A stretch of DNA of 44,046 nucleotides, taken from NCBI GenBank assembly GCA_043732345.1, contig JAYTHS010000048.1:1-44046 (forward strand), in the 5' to 3' direction. A model generated the notes under the pieces. That model saw only the letters and a list, made by a program, of their open reading frames with translations. It was not told the DNA's origin and made no database searches. Shown one piece after another: positions 18,842-25,624 of this stretch (position 1 is the first letter of the stretch; each line of letters begins with the position of its first letter). The position numbers and the translations under genes are program-made. Source of the DNA: Frankiales bacterium (GTDB taxonomy: Bacteria; Actinomycetota; Actinomycetes; Mycobacteriales; SCTD01).

Positions 18842-20053
18842 TCACGGGGAGAGGCGGCGCAGGGCCCGACCCAGCGCCGGTACGACGAGCAGCCAGCCCA
18901 CGACCGCCAGCGTGACGCCCGCGACGACGGGTGAGGCCGGGCCGGCCGCCTCGGCCAGCACGCCGCCGAGGGCGAATCCGGCGAGCCCACCGAGGTTCTG
19001 GCAGGTCACCAGCACCGAGAACGCCTCAGTCGCACGGCTCGGGTCCTCGGTAGACGAGACCACGGCGTTCAGGGTCGCGACCAGCACGGCGGACGGGAGC
19101 CCGACGGCCAGCACGGCCAGCGCCAGCACGACAGGAGGCGAGCTCGGGACCACCCCCGCCAGCAGCAGGGCAGCCCCGGCACTGGTGGCCGCCAGCACCG
19201 CGGTCCGCGGGCCGGCCCCCAGCCTGCGCAACGGTCGGCCGAGCACGAGCAGCCCGAGCAGCGCCCCGACACCCTCGAGGCTGAGCAGCACGCCGTACAG
19301 CGCGGCACCCGACAGCGACGTCGCCCGGGCGAGGACGGCTGCCCCCACCAGGCCCGACAGCACCGAGGCCAGCAGCAGCACGCCGGCGGCCAGCCGGGTC
19401 GCCCTGCCCAGCCCGGTGGTGCGCGTCATCCGGCGTTCGCGGACGCGGGCCCCCGCAGACGCGATCCGGTGGGCCAGCGACCACGCGGCGAGCAGCAGCA
19501 GGGCGCCGGAGCCGGCCAGCACCCAGCCGGCCCCGACCATGGCGACCCCGACACCACCCGCGGCCGGGCCGACGAGAAACGCCAGCTCCTCCAGCGCGGC
19601 GTCCAGGGCGAACGCCCGGTCCCGGAGGTCGTCGTGACCGGCCAGGACCGGACCCCAGCAGCCACGCACGATCGCGGTGAGCGGTGGCGCGACGAGCGCC
19701 CCGACCAGGACCGCCGGCAGGAACAGCACGACCCCGGACCCGGCGAGCATCGCGGCCACGACAAGCGACCCCAGCGCCCCGACCGCGCCGACCCGCAACA
19801 CGACGGCTCCGAACGCATCGACGAGCCGCCCCTTGACCGGCAGGGAGACCGAGGCGACCAGACCATGAACCGAGGCCAGGGTCGTCGCCAGCGCGAGCGA
19901 ACCGGTGGACCGCGCTAGGGCCAACAGCACTGCGACGGGGAGCACGCCGTAGCCCAGCCGCCCTGCCACGGCCGTCAGCAGCAGCGGGGTGGCTCCGGGC
20001 AGGGACAGGACAGCAGGACGGCGCGCAGCAGCATGCCCGGACAGCGGCATCAA
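18842..20053 (-). CDS. MFS transporter
   Basis: A 403-aa hydrophobic protein with about 12 predicted TM segments and a typical Ala/Leu/Gly-rich MFS composition. No specific substrate can be inferred. Confidence 0.8.
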   Translation of the reverse strand: MMPLSGHAAARRPAVLSLPGATPLLLTAVAGRLGYGVLPVAVLLALARSTGSLALATTLASVHGLVASVSLPVKGRLVDAFGAVVLRVGAVGALGSLVVAAMLAGSGVVLFLPAVLVGALVAPPLTAIVRGCWGPVLAGHDDLRDRAFALDAALEELAFLVGPAAGGVGVAMVGAGWVLAGSGALLLLAAWSLAHRIASAGARVRERRMTRTTGLGRATRLAAGVLLLASVLSGLVGAAVLARATSLSGAALYGVLLSLEGVGALLGLLVLGRPLRRLGAGPRTAVLAATSAGAALLLAGVVPSSPPVVLALAVLAVGLPSAVLVATLNAVVSSTEDPSRATEAFSVLVTCQNLGGLAGFALGGVLAEAAGPASPVVAGVTLAVVGWLLVVPALGRALRRLSP

Positions 20054-20107
20054 GATCTCCGGGAGGGGACCAGCAGGACGTGAGGGCGGCGGGGGCCGGG
20101 GGTCACG

Positions 20108-20130
20108 GAGGCGTGCTGGTCACACGCCTC
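20108..20130 (-). terminator. Hairpin 3 nt downstream of the sodX stop (8-bp GC-rich stem, 7-nt loop); candidate terminator without a U-tract
   Basis: GAGGCGTG (20108-20115) pairs with CACGCCTC (20123-20130). Confidence 0.3.
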
Positions 20131-20133
20131 ACC

Positions 20134-20484
20134 CTAGGGGCGAGACACCGGCAGGGGCCAGTACCTCAGCAGCACCCGGGCCTCGACGTCGCCGACGCCA
20201 CCGGTGAGGCCGTGGCCCTCGACGGCCGGGTTGTCGGAGGCCAGCAGCCACCCGCCGTCCCGCGGTTCGACCGCCCGCTTGACGACAAGCAGCGACGGAC
20301 GCGCGCGGAACCTTGCGACGACGAGGTCACCGGGCCGGATGGGGACGTCCCGACGTACGAGCAGACAGTCACCGTCACGCAACGCGGGGAGCATTGAGGG
20401 CCCCTGGACGAGGACGGTCCGGCTGCGCACGCCTGACAGTGCAGCACTAGGGTCGACAAGAGTCGATCGAGAGGAACCCGACAT
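20134..20484 (-). CDS. sodX: Ni-SOD maturation protease SodX (S26 signal-peptidase-like)
   Basis: VQGPSMLPALRDGDCLLV...RPGDLVVAR...LLVKRAV...GGWLLASDNP is an S24/S26 fold, and the gene is divergent from sodN as in Streptomyces. The start is uncertain: ATG at 20484 overlaps the sodN ATG, and an alternative GTG lies at about 20432. Confidence 0.75.
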   Translation of the reverse strand: MSGSSRSTLVDPSAALSGVRSRTVLVQGPSMLPALRDGDCLLVRRDVPIRPGDLVVARFRARPSLLVVKRAVEPRDGGWLLASDNPAVEGHGLTGGVGDVEARVLLRYWPLPVSRP

Positions 20485-20890
20485 GCGCTTCTCCTTGAAG
20501 CCCCGCACTGTCGTCAGCGCCCACTGCGACATCCCCTGTGGCATCTACGACCCCACCGCCGCCCAGGTCGCGGCCAAGACCGTCAAGGCGATGTACGACA
20601 AGTTCGCCGCCGTGACCGGTGACGACACCAAGGCCCTGAACTCCAAGACCCGCATGATCCTCGTCAAGGAGGAGCACGCGCAGAAGGTCAAGGTCGAGCT
20701 GCTCGTCCTGTGGACGGACTACTTCAAGGCCCCGCACGAGGAGGCACACCCCGGCCTCACCGACAAGATCAGGACAGCCTGCAACACGGCCTCCAAGGCC
20801 AAGGTCGACTTCGACCCGGCCCACGCCGACCTGCTCATCACCCAGGTCGACGAGATCGCCGAGATCTTCTGGGCCACCAAGAAGGCCTAG
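20483..20890 (+). CDS. sodN: Nickel-containing superoxide dismutase precursor
   Basis: MRFSLKPRTVVSA|HCDIPCGIYDP: a 14-aa propeptide followed by the Ni-hook HCDxPCG. The RBS GAGAGGA lies upstream of the ATG at 20483. Confidence 0.95.
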   Translation: MRFSLKPRTVVSAHCDIPCGIYDPTAAQVAAKTVKAMYDKFAAVTGDDTKALNSKTRMILVKEEHAQKVKVELLVLWTDYFKAPHEEAHPGLTDKIRTACNTASKAKVDFDPAHADLLITQVDEIAEIFWATKKA

Positions 20891-21035
20891 AGCCTCACGG
20901 CTGGCCTGCGGGACGCCGCAATGCCGCTCCTCGCCCGCGACGGGACCGTACGCGGACGGGGGGCGGTGTCCGTCCCGGACCAGTCGGTCGCACCCGCGGC
21001 AGGCAACCGAACGCCGGACTCTCCGATCCCGGACG

Positions 21036-21079
21036 TCGCCACGCCCGGCCCGGTCCTCGCCACGCCCGGCCCCGTCTCC
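21036..21079 (+). repeat. 21-bp tandem duplication upstream of the histidine-phosphatase gene
   Basis: tcgccacgcccggcc occurs at 21036-21050 and again at 21057-21071 (period 21); the unit tails are cggtcc and ccgtctcc. Confidence 0.6.
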
Positions 21080-21127
21080 AGCTACCCCCGTCCCCCGCAG
21101 GGGCGGGAGGACTGCTTGCATGTCGTC

Positions 21128-21682
21128 ATGACCTCCCACGAGACCTGGTTGGTCCGCCACGGCCAGACCGCGTGGACCCTCACGGGCCAGCACACCGGCC
21201 TCACGGACCTGCCCCTAACCGCCGACGGAGAGCGGCAGGTGGCTGCGCTCCAGCCCCGCCTCGACCGGCCGTGGGCCTTGGTCCTGACCAGCCCGCTGCA
21301 GCGCGCGGCCCGCACCGCCCGGCTCGCCGGTCTGCAGGCCGAGACCGACCGCGACTTGTGCGAGTGGGACTACGGCCCGGCAGAGGGGCTGACGACGGAG
21401 CAGCTGTCGGCTCCTGGCAAGCCCTGGAGCATCTGGGACGACGTCCCGCTCGGCGAGACGCTGCCGCAGGTGGCCCGGCGCTGCGCCCGCGTGCTCTCCC
21501 GGGCCGCAGCCGCCGAGGGTGACGTCTGCCTGGTAGCGCACGGGCATGTCCTGCGGGTCCTCACAGCCGTCTACCTGGGGCTGCCGCCTGTGACTGCCCG
21601 GCACCTCGTGCTGTCCACCGCCCACGTCACGCGGCTCGGCCACGAGCACTCGACCCCTGCCCTGCTGGAGTGGAACTCGTGA
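21128..21682 (+). CDS. Histidine phosphatase family protein (phosphoglycerate-mutase-like)
   Basis: LVRHGQTAW (RHG motif)...SPLQRAARTA...VAHGHVLR. ATG at 21128; an alternative TTG at 21116 lies 5 nt after GGGAGG. Confidence 0.85.
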   Translation: MTSHETWLVRHGQTAWTLTGQHTGLTDLPLTADGERQVAALQPRLDRPWALVLTSPLQRAARTARLAGLQAETDRDLCEWDYGPAEGLTTEQLSAPGKPWSIWDDVPLGETLPQVARRCARVLSRAAAAEGDVCLVAHGHVLRVLTAVYLGLPPVTARHLVLSTAHVTRLGHEHSTPALLEWNS

Positions 21683-22158
21683 TCAGACCCGCCACGCCGT
21701 ACGACGTCCCGGTCGTCCTCGAGCTCGTGCACGAGCTCGCGGTCTACGAGAAGGAGCCGGACGCCGTCAAGGCGACCCCGGAGCAGCTGCACGCAGCGCT
21801 GTTCGGTGAGGACCCGACGGCCTGGTGCCACGTCGCCGAGCACGACGGGGCGGTCGTGGGCTTCGCCCTGTGGTATCGCACGTTCAGCACCTGGACGGGG
21901 CGCCCCGGCCTGTGGCTCGAGGACCTCTACGTCCGGCCCGCAGCCCGCGGGACCGGTCTGGGCCGTGCCCTGCTGCAAGCCCTCGCCGCCGTGGCGGCCG
22001 CCCACGACTGGTCTCGCTTCGAGTGGTGGGTGCTGGACTGGAACACCTCGGCGCAGGGCTTCTACCGGTCGGTCGGTGCCCGGCCGCAGGACGAGTGGAC
22101 CACCTGGCGCCTCGACGGACAGGCCTTGCAGTCCCTGGCACTGCCCCCGGAGAGCTGA
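21679..22158 (+). CDS. GNAT-family N-acetyltransferase (diamine/SSAT-like)
   Basis: IRPATPYDVPVVLELVHELAVYEKE...LEDLYVRPAARGTGLGRALL (acetyl-CoA motif A). The GTG at 21679 forms a GTGA overlap with the upstream stop; an alternative GTG is at 21670. Confidence 0.85.
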   Translation: MIRPATPYDVPVVLELVHELAVYEKEPDAVKATPEQLHAALFGEDPTAWCHVAEHDGAVVGFALWYRTFSTWTGRPGLWLEDLYVRPAARGTGLGRALLQALAAVAAAHDWSRFEWWVLDWNTSAQGFYRSVGARPQDEWTTWRLDGQALQSLALPPES

Positions 22159-22210
22159 CACCGCGGCGCAGCCCAGGTGTGGGGCCCTGGCTGCGGGGAA
22201 ATCCGGGACA

Positions 22211-22238
22211 GGGGGCATGCTTCCCCCAGATTGTTTCT
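22211..22238 (+). terminator. Candidate intrinsic terminator after the GNAT gene
   Basis: GGGGG (22211-22215) pairs with CCCCC (22223-22227) around a 7-nt loop, followed by aga-TTGTTTCT. Confidence 0.4.
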
Positions 22239-22274
22239 GTCCGCGTCCGGCCAGACCGTCACCCCGGGGGGACC

Positions 22275-22685
22275 ATGAGCGAGATCAACGAGGACCGGCC
22301 GGGCGCCGTCACCGGCGACCTGGTCATCCTGCGCCTACCCGCGCAGGGTGCCTACCTGTCCGTCGTCCGCACCGCGACCGCAAGCCTGGCCTCCCGGCTC
22401 GACTTCACCATCGATGACATCGATGACCTGCGCATCGCAGTGGACGAGGCTTGTGCTGTGCTGCTGACGCAGGCGGTGGCCGGCGCCGACCTGCAGTGCG
22501 CCTTCGACCTCACCGACGACGTCATCGGCGTCTCGGTCAGCGTCCCCACGGTGGACGGCGTCGTGCCCTCCCGCGACACCTTCGCGTGGACGGTTCTGAC
22601 CGCCCTTGCCGGCGAGGTCGACGCCACCGTCGACGCCGACTCCGTCGTGACGATTGTCCTTCGCAAGCGCCGGGTCGAGCTCTGA
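22275..22685 (+). CDS. Anti-sigma factor, RsbW/UshX-like (HATPase_c_2-type fold)
   Basis: LRLPAQGAYLSVVRTATASLASRLDFTIDDIDDLRIAVDEAC... matches the RsbW-like N-terminal half. Its stop overlaps the sigma ATG (TGATGA). Confidence 0.75.
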   Translation: MSEINEDRPGAVTGDLVILRLPAQGAYLSVVRTATASLASRLDFTIDDIDDLRIAVDEACAVLLTQAVAGADLQCAFDLTDDVIGVSVSVPTVDGVVPSRDTFAWTVLTALAGEVDATVDADSVVTIVLRKRRVEL

Positions 22686-23608
22686 TGAGCCGGACCGACG
22701 TGCAGTCCGCCGTCAACGTCCCCGAGCAGGACGGCAGATCTTTGCCCGGAGCACCCGACACCTCCTCGGGACCTGACGCACCCGACCCCGATGTCGTGGC
22801 CCTCACCCGGGAGGTGGCCGACGAGCCCTCGGTCCGCAGCCTGCGGATCGCCGCGGACCGCGCCCGGGCCCGGGCGATGTTCGTTGAGCTCAACGAACTG
22901 CCCGAGGGGGACCCTCGCCGGGCCCGCCTGCGGGACGAGCTCGTCGAGATCCACCTCCCCCTCGTGGAGTACCTCGCTCGCAGGTTCCGTAACAGGGGTG
23001 AGCCGCTCGACGACCTCGTCCAGGTCGCGACGATCGGCCTGATCAAGTCCGTCGACCGCTTCGACCTCGAGCGTGCCGTCGAGTTCAGCACCTACGCCAC
23101 CCCGACGATCGTCGGCGAGATCAAGCGGCACTTCCGGGACAAGGGCTGGGCGATCCGCGTCCCGCGTCGGCTGCAGGAGCTCAAGCTCAGCCTGACCAAG
23201 GCCACCAGCGACCTGTCGCAGAAGAACGGCCGCTCCCCCACCGTGGCCGAGCTCGCCCAGCACCTCGGGTTGACCGAGGAGGAGATCCTCGAGGGCATGG
23301 AGTCGGCGAACGCCTACTCCGCGGTCTCCCTGGACGCCCCCGACGGCGGGGACGACGACAGCCCGGCCGTCGCCGACAGCCTGGGGATGGTCGACGACGC
23401 CCTGGAAGGAGTGGAGTACCGCGAGTCGCTCAAGCCCCTGCTGGAGAAGCTCCCGGCCCGGGAGAAGAAGATCCTCATGCTGCGGTTCTTCGGCGGGATG
23501 ACGCAGTCCCAGATCGCCGCGGAGCTGGGGATCAGCCAGATGCACGTCAGCCGGCTGCTCGCCCGAACCCTCATGCAGCTACGCGTCGGCCTGCTCGCCG
23601 AGGACTAG
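22685..23608 (+). CDS. SigB/SigF/SigG-subfamily (group 3) RNA polymerase sigma factor
   Basis: Region 2 reads HLPLVEYLARRFRNRGEPLDDLVQVATIGLIKSVDRFD...FSTYATPTIVGEIKRHFRD. Region 4 reads REKKILMLRFFGGMTQSQIAAELGISQMHVSRL. The N-terminal extension is about 70 aa, acidic and Pro-rich. Confidence 0.9.
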   Translation: MSRTDVQSAVNVPEQDGRSLPGAPDTSSGPDAPDPDVVALTREVADEPSVRSLRIAADRARARAMFVELNELPEGDPRRARLRDELVEIHLPLVEYLARRFRNRGEPLDDLVQVATIGLIKSVDRFDLERAVEFSTYATPTIVGEIKRHFRDKGWAIRVPRRLQELKLSLTKATSDLSQKNGRSPTVAELAQHLGLTEEEILEGMESANAYSAVSLDAPDGGDDDSPAVADSLGMVDDALEGVEYRESLKPLLEKLPAREKKILMLRFFGGMTQSQIAAELGISQMHVSRLLARTLMQLRVGLLAED

Positions 23609-23985
23609 CCGGTCTCACGTAGGGCCAGCCGGGCGGCGGGCGTCGCGTAGAGGTAGAGCACCGCACCGGCGAGCGCGAGCATCGGGACCCCCGCCCACCA
23701 GACACCGCCCTGCAGCAGACCGACCGCCACCGGCAGCGGGAGGAGGTTGAGCACCACGGCCGGTGAGCGAGCCCACGTCCGGCTCCGAACCGTCCCCCGG
23801 GCCAGCAGCACCAGGGCGACTCCGGCCGCGAGCGCGGCCAGCGCCGCCAGCTCCGCACCGGCCAGGTTCTCCGGCCGCCCGGTCACGCTGACAAGGGCAT
23901 AGCCGATCGCCAGCACGACCAGGCCCGCCCCCTCGACGGCGAGCAGCAGCGCGATCCGACGTACGACGGGCTCCTGCTGCTCCAC
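23605..23985 (-). CDS. Small integral membrane protein (about 4 TM), function unknown
   Basis: The C-terminal part of ORF 23605..24528 reads VEQQEPVVRRIALLLAVEGAGLVVLAIGYALV...LLPLPVAVGLLQGGVWWAGVPMLALAGAVLYLY. GTG at 23985; the upstream part of the ORF is antisense to the lipid kinase gene. Confidence 0.55.
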   Translation of the reverse strand: MEQQEPVVRRIALLLAVEGAGLVVLAIGYALVSVTGRPENLAGAELAALAALAAGVALVLLARGTVRSRTWARSPAVVLNLLPLPVAVGLLQGGVWWAGVPMLALAGAVLYLYATPAARLALRETG

Positions 23986-23991
23986 GAAGAC

Positions 23992-24013
23992 ACCGTATCG
24001 GCGCCGGTAGGGT
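23992..24013. promoter_or_regulatory. Back-to-back -10-like hexamers, each 6 nt from a divergent start codon (candidate leaderless promoters)
   Basis: Plus strand: TAGGGT at 24008-24013, then 6 nt to the ATG at 24020. Minus strand: TACGGT (plus coordinates 23992-23997), then 6 nt to the GTG at 23985. Both fit TANNNT. Confidence 0.35.
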
Positions 24014-24019
24014 TGGGCG

Positions 24020-24940
24020 ATGCGCGCGCTGCTGGTCGTCAACCCCAAGGCGACCACCACCAGCGCACGGGTCCGGGACGTGCTCGCGCACGCGCTGGCC
24101 AGCGAGGTCAAGCTGGACGTCGTCGAGACGACCCACCGCGGCCACGCGACCGAGTTGGCGCGCGAGGCAGCGGTCGACGGGCTGGACGTCGTCGTCGCCC
24201 TCGGCGGTGACGGGACGGTCAACGAGGTCGTCAACGGGCTGCTGCACCAGGGTCCGCAGGACGAACTGCCCGCCCTGGCCGTGGTCCCCGCCGGCAGCAC
24301 CAACGTCTTCGCCCGCTCCCTCGGGATGCCCAACTCGGCCGTCGAGGCCACCAGCGGCCTGCTCGACGGGCTGCTGCACCACCGCCGTCGCCGGATCGGT
24401 CTGGGCCGGGCCGACGAGCACTGGTTCACCTTCAACGCCGGTCTGGGCATCGATGCCGGCGCCGTACGGCGGGTCGAGCGGGCCAGGGCCAAGGGGCGCC
24501 CCCTCACCCAGGCGAGGTACGTCCGCAAGGCCGTGGCGGAGTTCTACCTCGGACCGACGCACCGGCGCCCCGTCCTGCACCTGAGCAGCCCGGGGCTCGA
24601 GCCGGTCGAGCTCGGGCTCGCCTTCGTCTGCAACACCGACCCCTGGACCTACCTCGGCGACCGGCCGGTGCGCCCGACCCCGCGGGCCGGCTTCGACACC
24701 GACCTGGACGTGTTCGGCCTGCGGCGGCTGGCCACCCTCCCGACGCTGCGCCACCTCGCCCAGATCCTCCACGGGCACCGGCCCCCGCACGGTCGGCACC
24801 TGCTCGCGCTGCACGACCTGGCTGAGCTGACGTTGTCGGCGGAGCATCCGCTGGACCTCCAGGCCGACGGCGACAACCTCGGTCAACGGTCGACGGTCGT
24901 GTTCCGCTCCGTCCCGCACGCGCTCGACGTCGTCGTCTGA
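24020..24940 (+). CDS. Diacylglycerol/lipid kinase family protein (YegS/DagK-like)
   Basis: MRALLVVNPKATTT...VVVALGGDGTVNEVVNGL...VVPAGSTNVFAR. Confidence 0.9.
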   Translation: MRALLVVNPKATTTSARVRDVLAHALASEVKLDVVETTHRGHATELAREAAVDGLDVVVALGGDGTVNEVVNGLLHQGPQDELPALAVVPAGSTNVFARSLGMPNSAVEATSGLLDGLLHHRRRRIGLGRADEHWFTFNAGLGIDAGAVRRVERARAKGRPLTQARYVRKAVAEFYLGPTHRRPVLHLSSPGLEPVELGLAFVCNTDPWTYLGDRPVRPTPRAGFDTDLDVFGLRRLATLPTLRHLAQILHGHRPPHGRHLLALHDLAELTLSAEHPLDLQADGDNLGQRSTVVFRSVPHALDVVV

Positions 24941-24998
24941 CCGGGGTCCACTGCACGGGATCCACGGCACGGGGTCCTGCGGAAGCGGCCTTCTAGCC

Positions 24999-25035
24999 GT
25001 GATCTTCTGGCGGTGACCTTCTGGCGGTGATGAGG
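24999..25035 (+). repeat. 14-bp tandem repeat GTGAYCTTCTGGCG x2 plus a partial third unit, about 290 bp upstream of whiB1
   Basis: 24999-25012 gtgatcttctggcg; 25013-25026 gtgaccttctggcg; 25027-25035 gtgatgagg. Confidence 0.6.
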
Positions 25036-25051
25036 AGTGACACGTCGCACA
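25036..25051 (+). promoter_or_regulatory. CRP/FNR-type palindrome candidate (aGTGA-N6-gCACA)
   Basis: agtgacacgtcgcaca matches TGTGA-N6-TCACA at 8 of 10 positions. whiB1 is CRP-regulated in Mycobacterium. The distance to the start codon (about 260 nt) is large, so this is weak. Confidence 0.3.
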
Positions 25052-25309
25052 TGGGGTATCGGGCCGCAGAAGCAACACCAGCAAGACGTGACGAAGACAA
25101 CACGGTCGGTGGTGCGGCACCGGGGTCGGACTGCTTGCCACCAGGTGGTGCCGATGATGGGATAGAAAGGCGTTCGGTCGAGCGCGCCTTCGCTGGGCAC
25201 GCCAGGGCAGCGAGGACGGCCGGTCGGGCGCACACGACCCTTGCCGCGCCGCGGCGTCGAGGGGTTGGCGGGTCGCCGCTACGGGCCCCGATTCGAGGAG
25301 TTGGACCGC

Positions 25310-25561
25310 ATGGACTGGCGCCACGACGCGCTCTGCCGGCAGCAGGACCCCGAGTTGTTCTTTCCTATCGGCGCCACCGGGCCGGCCGCGGACCAGGTCG
25401 ATGAGGCAAAGGCCGTCTGCCGCCGCTGCCCGGTCGTCGAGGACTGCCTGACATGGGCGTTGGACACCGGACAGGACGCGGGCGTGTGGGGCGGGACGAG
25501 CGAGGACGAGCGGCGTGCCCTCAAGCGCCGTGGAGCCCGCGCCCGCGTGCGCACCGCCTGA
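25310..25561 (+). CDS. whiB1: WhiB-family [4Fe-4S] transcription factor, WhiB1/WblE orthologue
   Basis: MDWRHDALCRQQDPELFFP...AKAVCRRCPVVEDCLTWALDTGQDAGVWGGTSEDERRALKRR is near-colinear with M. tuberculosis WhiB1 as I recall it. The RBS GAGGAG lies 9 nt upstream. Confidence 0.95.
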   Translation: MDWRHDALCRQQDPELFFPIGATGPAADQVDEAKAVCRRCPVVEDCLTWALDTGQDAGVWGGTSEDERRALKRRGARARVRTA

Positions 25562-25624
25562 GCGGATGACCGTCCCGTTCATGACCGGGCGCGGCGTCGT
25601 GCGACCTCTACGAACGGGGACGTA

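Noticed and set aside
18790-18847. A 13-bp inverted repeat (CCGTGATCCGGGC ... GCCTGGATCACGG, one mismatch) spanning the convergent gap between the ABC ATPase and MFS genes, considered as a bidirectional terminator.
   Set aside because: The 32-nt loop is long and one arm includes the MFS stop codon. It is plausible, but too weak to call without transcript 3'-end data.
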